Positions 59,032 through 64,000 of a DNA stretch of 64,000 nt are shown here, piece after piece. Every line of letters starts with the position of its first letter. Within the stretch, counting starts at the first letter, position 1. This DNA is from Nanobdellota archaeon (GTDB taxonomy: Archaea > Nanobdellota > Nanobdellia > Pacearchaeales > GW2011-AR1), in NCBI GenBank assembly GCA_038045825.1, contig JBBSXJ010000004.1:11465-75464 (forward strand), written 5' to 3'. The notes below the pieces were generated by a model. The model saw only the letters and a list, made by a program, of their open reading frames with translations. It searched no databases and was not told the DNA's origin. A program made the position numbers and the translations under genes.

Positions 59032-61932
59032 ATGAAGCAGATTAACTTTTCTACGATTGACAAGAAATGGCAGAAGGAGTGGGAAAAGTCTAAAGTATTT
59101 GAGGCTAAAGAGGATGATAAGAAAGAGAAGTACTATGCTTTAGCTATGTATCCTTATCCATCTGCAAATGGGTTGCATATGGGTCATGCTTTCAATTATA
59201 CTATTGGAGATATTCTTGCTCGTTTCATGAGGATGAATGGTAAATCAGTTTTACATCCAATGGGTTTTGATAGTTTTGGATTGCCTGCCGAAAATGCTGC
59301 AATTAAAGATGGAACTCATCCTGGGAAATATACTGATACTGCTATAAAGAGATTTATTGAACAACAGAAGGCTTTGGGATTAAGTTATGATTGGTCTAGA
59401 AAATTACAGAGTCACGATCCTGAATATTACAAATGGAATCAGTATTTCTTTTTGCAGTTTTTGAAAAAAGGACTTGCTTATAGAAAAGACTCTTCTGTAA
59501 ATTGGTGTTCTAAATGCGACACTGTTTTGGCTAACGAACAAGTAAATGATGGAAAATGTTGGAGACATAAAGATACTGAAGTAAATATTAAAAAATTAGA
59601 GCAGTGGTTTTTCAAGACTACTCAGTATGCTGATGAGTTACTTAAAGGGTTAGATAAGTTGGATTGGCCTGAAAGAATAAAATCAATGCAGAGGAATTGG
59701 ATTGGAAAAAGCGAAGGTACTGAGGTTTTATTTGAAATAAATGGAGAAAGATGGCCTGTTTTTACAACAAGAGCAGATACTTTATTTGGAGTTACCTTTT
59801 TAGTTATTAGTGCCCAACATTCTCGTTTGAATGAATTAGTTACTAAAGAACAAAAGAAACATGTTGATGTATTTTTGAAGAAAATTAAATCTACTAAACA
59901 AGAGGATTCTGATAAAATGGAAAAGGAAGGAGTGTTTACGGGAAGTTATGCTTTACATCCTTTAACTAGAAAGAAAATTCCTATTTGGGTTGGTAATTTT
60001 GTTGTTGCAGATTATGGTTCTGGGGTTGTAATGGCTGTACCTGCTCACGATTCTCGTGATTTTGCATTTGCTAAGAAATATAATATTCCTTTGATTGAAG
60101 TTGTTGTTCCAAATAGAATTGATAAGAAAAATCCTCCTGTTAAAGGTAAAGCTTCTAAAGAAAGAAAAAATGTTCAAGCAATTGTTAGAAACCCTAAGAC
60201 TGGAAAAATATTATTCTTGAAGTCACATGAACACAAATGGATAACTCTGCCAATGGGAGGAGTTGAAGGAGATGAAAGTGTTGTTGATGCTGCTAAGAGA
60301 GAGGTTAAGGAAGAGACAGGTTATGCTAATTTAAAATATGTTAAAACTCTTGGAGGAATGATAAAGGCAGAATATTTTGCTAATCATAAGGATGAAAACA
60401 GGGTTTCTTACACAAATGCAGTTATGTTTGATTTAGTTGATGAAAAGAAGGTTAAACTTGATAAGGGTGAAGAAGGTAAACACGAAGTAATGTGGATTGA
60501 TAAAAAAGATGTTGTTTACCCTTATATTGTTCATGCCGAATTAAATGATTGGCTTCATAGGTGGGATAAAGATGATTATGCTTATACAGATTACGGAGTT
60601 TTGGTTAACTCTGGAGACTTTAACGGATTGTCTAGTGAAGAGGCTATTAAACATATACAAATAGTCTTGGAAGAAAAGAAACTTGGTAAGGCTGTTGTGA
60701 ATTACAAATTACGTGATTGGTTAATATCTAGACAGAGATATTGGGGCACACCTATCCCTATAATATATTGTGATGATTGTGGGGCTGTTCCAGTTCCTGA
60801 AAGGGAATTACCTGTTTTATTGCCTGAGAAAGTTACATTTGGAAAAGGGAATCCTTTATTTAGTAATGAAAAATTTGTGAAAGCTAAGTGTCCTAATTGT
60901 GGTAAAAATGGAAGGCGTGAAACAGACACAATGGATACATTTATTGATTCCAGTTGGTATTACTTAAGATTCACTGATCCTGGAAATAAGAAGTTGCCTT
61001 TAAGCGTTGATAATTTGAGTTATTGGATGCCTGTTGATTTTTACATTGGCGGGTCAGAACATGCTTGCGGGCATTTAATTTATTCTAGATTTATTACAAA
61101 AACACTTCGTGATTTAGGATATTTGAAAGTTGATGAACCCTTCCAAAGATTGTTTAATCAAGGTATGGTTCATGGAGAAGACGGCGTTGTGATGTCAAAA
61201 TCTAGGGGAAATGTTGTTGATCCTCTTGATATGACTAGTAAGTATGGGGCAGACACACTTAGATTATTCTTGGTAAGTGTTGCAGCTCCAGATAAAGATT
61301 CTTCTTGGAGTTCTACAGGTGTTGAATCTATGTATAAATTTGTTAATAAAGTTTGGAATTATGCAAATAGTGTTAATTTTAGTAAATCTTCTGCTAAAGT
61401 TCAACACAAGGTGAATAAAGCAATAGTTGAAGTTACTGAAGATATAAAGAATTTGAATTATAATATGGCCGTTATTAAATTACGCGCTTTATTTGATTCA
61501 TTTGAAGATGAAATTGATAAATCTGATTTTGCAACTTATTTGCAATTAATTGCTTCTTTTGCACCCCATATTGCGGAAGAGTTGTGGCACAATGTTCTTG
61601 GATATAACACATTTGTAAGTTTGAGCGAATGGCCTACCGCAGATACTAAGAGGATAAATGATAATATTGATAAAATTGAAGAAAGCTTTGAAAAAACTGT
61701 TTCTGATATACAGAATGTACTTCGAATTGTTAAAGATAAGGAAAGAAAAGATACTAAACATATCTATCTTTATGCTATTCCTCCTGAGGTAAAGAATTTT
61801 GATAAAGAAGTATTAGCTAAAAGACTTGGAATTGACGTTTCTATTTTTGCTGTTAATGATAATAAGAAGTATGACCCGTCTGGCAAAGCTTCTAAGGCTA
61901 AGCCTGGAAAGCCAGCTATTTATGTTGAATAG
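59032..61932 (+). CDS. leuS: Leucyl-tRNA synthetase, bacterial-type, with an inserted Nudix domain
   Basis: YALAMYPYPSANGLHMGH, NWCSKCDTVLANEQV, RNWIGKSEG, TTRADTLFG, VPAHDSRDFAFA, LRDWLISRQRYWGTPIP, and VMSKSRGN (the KMSKS motif). It is 966 aa. Confidence 0.95.
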   Translation: MKQINFSTIDKKWQKEWEKSKVFEAKEDDKKEKYYALAMYPYPSANGLHMGHAFNYTIGDILARFMRMNGKSVLHPMGFDSFGLPAENAAIKDGTHPGKYTDTAIKRFIEQQKALGLSYDWSRKLQSHDPEYYKWNQYFFLQFLKKGLAYRKDSSVNWCSKCDTVLANEQVNDGKCWRHKDTEVNIKKLEQWFFKTTQYADELLKGLDKLDWPERIKSMQRNWIGKSEGTEVLFEINGERWPVFTTRADTLFGVTFLVISAQHSRLNELVTKEQKKHVDVFLKKIKSTKQEDSDKMEKEGVFTGSYALHPLTRKKIPIWVGNFVVADYGSGVVMAVPAHDSRDFAFAKKYNIPLIEVVVPNRIDKKNPPVKGKASKERKNVQAIVRNPKTGKILFLKSHEHKWITLPMGGVEGDESVVDAAKREVKEETGYANLKYVKTLGGMIKAEYFANHKDENRVSYTNAVMFDLVDEKKVKLDKGEEGKHEVMWIDKKDVVYPYIVHAELNDWLHRWDKDDYAYTDYGVLVNSGDFNGLSSEEAIKHIQIVLEEKKLGKAVVNYKLRDWLISRQRYWGTPIPIIYCDDCGAVPVPERELPVLLPEKVTFGKGNPLFSNEKFVKAKCPNCGKNGRRETDTMDTFIDSSWYYLRFTDPGNKKLPLSVDNLSYWMPVDFYIGGSEHACGHLIYSRFITKTLRDLGYLKVDEPFQRLFNQGMVHGEDGVVMSKSRGNVVDPLDMTSKYGADTLRLFLVSVAAPDKDSSWSSTGVESMYKFVNKVWNYANSVNFSKSSAKVQHKVNKAIVEVTEDIKNLNYNMAVIKLRALFDSFEDEIDKSDFATYLQLIASFAPHIAEELWHNVLGYNTFVSLSEWPTADTKRINDNIDKIEESFEKTVSDIQNVLRIVKDKERKDTKHIYLYAIPPEVKNFDKEVLAKRLGIDVSIFAVNDNKKYDPSGKASKAKPGKPAIYVE
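60112..60582 (+). other. Nudix hydrolase domain inserted within LeuRS (aa ~361-517)
   Basis: Perfect Nudix box GGVEGDESVVDAAKREVKEETGY (aa 409-431, nt 60256..60324), matching Gx5Ex7REUxEExGU. It lies between the conserved IPLIEVV and YGVLVNSGDFNGL segments. Confidence 0.8.
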
Positions 61933-61972
61933 TTAGTTAACTTTAAAAAATATAATTTATTGTTCTGTTTTC

Positions 61973-62476
61973 ATGAAGATTTATCTTATACAACCAGGTC
62001 AGAATGAGGAAGGTAGCCTTACCGAAAAGGGAAGATTGGAGCTTAATACACTTACTAGACGGTTAATTAATGATAAGATAAACGTGAATAGGATTTATGT
62101 TAATGGACATAGCATTTCTAGGCAAACAGGTGATATGTTGAGCAAGGCTCTTGAAGTTCCAATTATAAGTGATGAAAGGTTCTCGGAAATAGGAAAAGAT
62201 GTTATTTTAGGCAATTTTAATGAACTTGACTTTGAAAATTTGCACTGTGTTAATTTATTTGTAGATGAAATTGTTTGTAGAAAGAATGATGCTATAGTAA
62301 CTATTGGGGGAGGAGTTCATAGAGTTATAATTAGTAGACTAACTGGAATGTCGTTGGAAGAAACGAGACATTTTTCCCTTACACCTGCTGGAATTTCCAC
62401 TTTATATTATGATAATAGCACTGGAAGATGGAGAATCAACTCTCTTAACGATGTGAACCATTTAAGACTTCCTTAG
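61973..62476 (+). CDS. Histidine-phosphatase-fold protein with degenerate catalytic motif
   Basis: IYLIQPGQ stands where the family has IYLIRHGE, and LTEKGRLE follows. The later VSHGG-type motif reads TIGGGVHRV. Confidence 0.55.
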   Translation: MKIYLIQPGQNEEGSLTEKGRLELNTLTRRLINDKINVNRIYVNGHSISRQTGDMLSKALEVPIISDERFSEIGKDVILGNFNELDFENLHCVNLFVDEIVCRKNDAIVTIGGGVHRVIISRLTGMSLEETRHFSLTPAGISTLYYDNSTGRWRINSLNDVNHLRLP

Positions 62477-62638
62477 TTACATGTTTTTGTCTTTTTTTGG
62501 TGAAACTGTTTATAAATAACTTAATTGTCACTGAAAAGTTATCTGCTATTTAATAATCAATATTCTTTGAATTATATGTTGAAGTTTATTGTTTGTATAT
62601 AAAGTTCTTTGGTGTCTGAATGTCATGGAGGTGATGAG

Positions 62639-62794
62639 ATGGCTAATGTGAATGGGCTTCGTGATAGAAGAGTTGTAGCTCTTGTTGAAAAGTTAGAGGT
62701 AGTAGACTCTTTCTATGGAATAACACCCGAAGAACGCAATGTTTTAGATGTTATCCATGGAGTTTCTGATTTTGCTGAGGAATCAGAAGAATAG
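62639..62794 (+). CDS. Small acidic hypothetical protein (51 aa)
   Basis: The ATG at 62639 is preceded by GGAGGTGA. The track TTG start at 62609 is less likely. Confidence 0.4.
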   Translation: MANVNGLRDRRVVALVEKLEVVDSFYGITPEERNVLDVIHGVSDFAEESEE

Positions 62795-62809
62795 GTATTT
62801 TTATTAATG

Positions 62810-62838
62810 TCAAAGTGTATCTTGATAGAACACTTTGA
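62810..62838 (+). terminator. 9-bp perfect hairpin TCAAAGTGT-11 nt-ACACTTTGA after the small ORF
   Basis: Read directly; followed by an A/T-rich tract. A terminator role is not established for archaea. Confidence 0.25.
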
Positions 62839-62892
62839 TCATTCAAAAAACCAAATGCAAGGTTTTTTTAACTTTATTTTTTTTGAGCTTTT

Positions 62893-63660
62893 ATGGACGT
62901 TTCGATTCTTGTTTTAGCTTTGGTTCAGGGAATACTGGAGTGGTTTCCTGTTTCTAGCTCAGGACATCTTTACATTTTTGAATTGCTTCTTGGATTTAAA
63001 AGTGGTTTAGATCTTGAGGTTGCTTTACATTTTGGTACATTAATGGCTGTTTTTGTGTATTTTAGAAAAGATATTGTAAATATAGTAAGAGATTTAATTC
63101 ACTCTAAGTGGAAAACTAACAATTCTAGGCTAGGTTTTTTAATTATAATTGCAAGCATTCCTGTAGCTATATTTGGATTCTTATTTAGAAGTTACTTTGA
63201 AATATCTTCTAGTTTTATTGTTTTGGGTTTTGGATGGATTGTTACAAGTACAGCTTTGTTTATTGGTGCTTTTTCAAATACTAAACTGAATAATGCTTCG
63301 TCTCTTAGTTTTTCTAAAGCCTTACTTGTCGGATTTGCTCAAGTTATATCTTTAGTTCCTGGAGTTTCTAGAAGCGGAATGACTATATCTTCAGGATTGT
63401 TATTTGGATTGAATGAAAAAGATGCTTTGAAATTTTCTTATTTACTTTCTATTCCAGCGATAATCGGAGCTAATATAGTGACTTTTGGGAATAGGACAAT
63501 TCATTCTGACTTTTTGATTCCTTCTTTGGTGTGTTTTTTGGTTGGGTTGATTTTTATTAATATATCTTTTAATTATGTTCTTAATAATAAAAGAAACTTG
63601 ATTTGGTTTGGAATTTATACTTTGATACTGGGAATTATTTGTATTATTTTTAGCTTTTGA
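62893..63660 (+). CDS. uppP: Undecaprenyl-diphosphate phosphatase (UppP/BacA)
   Basis: QGILEWFPVSSSGHL, PGVSRSGMTISSGL, and 8 TM helices. Confidence 0.9.
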   Translation: MDVSILVLALVQGILEWFPVSSSGHLYIFELLLGFKSGLDLEVALHFGTLMAVFVYFRKDIVNIVRDLIHSKWKTNNSRLGFLIIIASIPVAIFGFLFRSYFEISSSFIVLGFGWIVTSTALFIGAFSNTKLNNASSLSFSKALLVGFAQVISLVPGVSRSGMTISSGLLFGLNEKDALKFSYLLSIPAIIGANIVTFGNRTIHSDFLIPSLVCFLVGLIFINISFNYVLNNKRNLIWFGIYTLILGIICIIFSF

Positions 63661-63664
63661 TAGA

Positions 63665-64000
63665 TTATCTTTTCTTGTAACCAAATTTATTATCATATTC
63701 TGGGTGACTTATTAAGTCTAGAATAAAACAAATAATTTCTATTTGATCTCCCTTTACTGTGTAAATCATGCGCCAGAAATTTGAAAGTTCTGTTCTGAAC
63801 AAATTAGACACATTGTGTTTTATTATATATTCTTTAGGAATTAGGTGTTTTTGTATGTTTTCTCCATAAAAGGGATTTAATTTTATGAACTCGATTTTTC
63901 GTTTTATAGATTTCAATAATTGCATTTCTTCAGTACTATCTTTTCCATGTGAAACTTGAAGCCCTACAATTTCATTTAACTTTTTGAATTCTTCCAGTGC
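63665..64000 (-). CDS. RelE/ParE-superfamily toxin-like protein (5' end outside window)
   Basis: NPFYGENI...LFRTELSNFWRMIYTVKGDQIEIICFILDLISH. The frame stays open upstream of the track Met to the window edge. Confidence 0.55.
   Translation of the reverse strand, partial: ALEEFKKLNEIVGLQVSHGKDSTEEMQLLKSIKRKIEFIKLNPFYGENIQKHLIPKEYIIKHNVSNLFRTELSNFWRMIYTVKGDQIEIICFILDLISHPEYDNKFGYKKR

Noticed and set aside
1-64000. Search for rRNA genes, cas genes, integrases or transposases, restriction-modification or other classical defence operons.
   Set aside because: No ORF or sequence in the window shows their signatures by eye. Apart from TA modules, no defence system can be supported from this sequence.

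Overview
AT-rich (roughly 30% GC by eye), densely packed archaeal chromosome segment. The information-processing genes are unambiguously archaeal: RadA, TFB, aEF-1beta, aIF2-alpha, Nop10, EndA, Bud32, GINS, and r-proteins S3Ae, L44e, S8e, S17e, S27e and S15. Small proteins, reduced metabolism and many secreted proteins suggest a DPANN-type lineage, but that is inference. I support about 85 CDS, 7 tRNAs (one with an intron), one large intein and several repeat or operator-like elements. I saw no rRNA, cas genes, integrase or transposase. The items most worth a second look are listed here. (1) A 7.6-kb ATGA-coupled operon at 29.6-37.3 kb encodes a 43-aa RHH-like protein, a 617-aa anchored protein and a 1879-aa secreted Cys-rich giant. 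A paralogous RHH cassette with the same AGTAAG/CTTACT palindromes sits in front of a second surface-protein operon at 43.1-46.7 kb. (2) A bacterial-type LeuRS carries a complete Nudix domain inserted in its editing-domain region. (3) A tandem cluster of small Cys-rich proteins with prepilin-like leaders lies next to an A24 prepilin peptidase. (4) A 251-aa ORF has a motif pattern resembling tRNA-dependent cyclodipeptide synthases. (5) A perfect 29-bp direct repeat is separated by 32 bp. (6) RadA has a 507-aa LAGLIDADG intein in its P-loop. (7) Nop10 is eukaryote-like and lacks the zinc ribbon. (8) Several pseudoenzyme-like paralogs and lipobox proteins are present. Hand-derived coordinates (tRNAs, ORFs under 60 aa, motifs) may be off by 1-2 nt.
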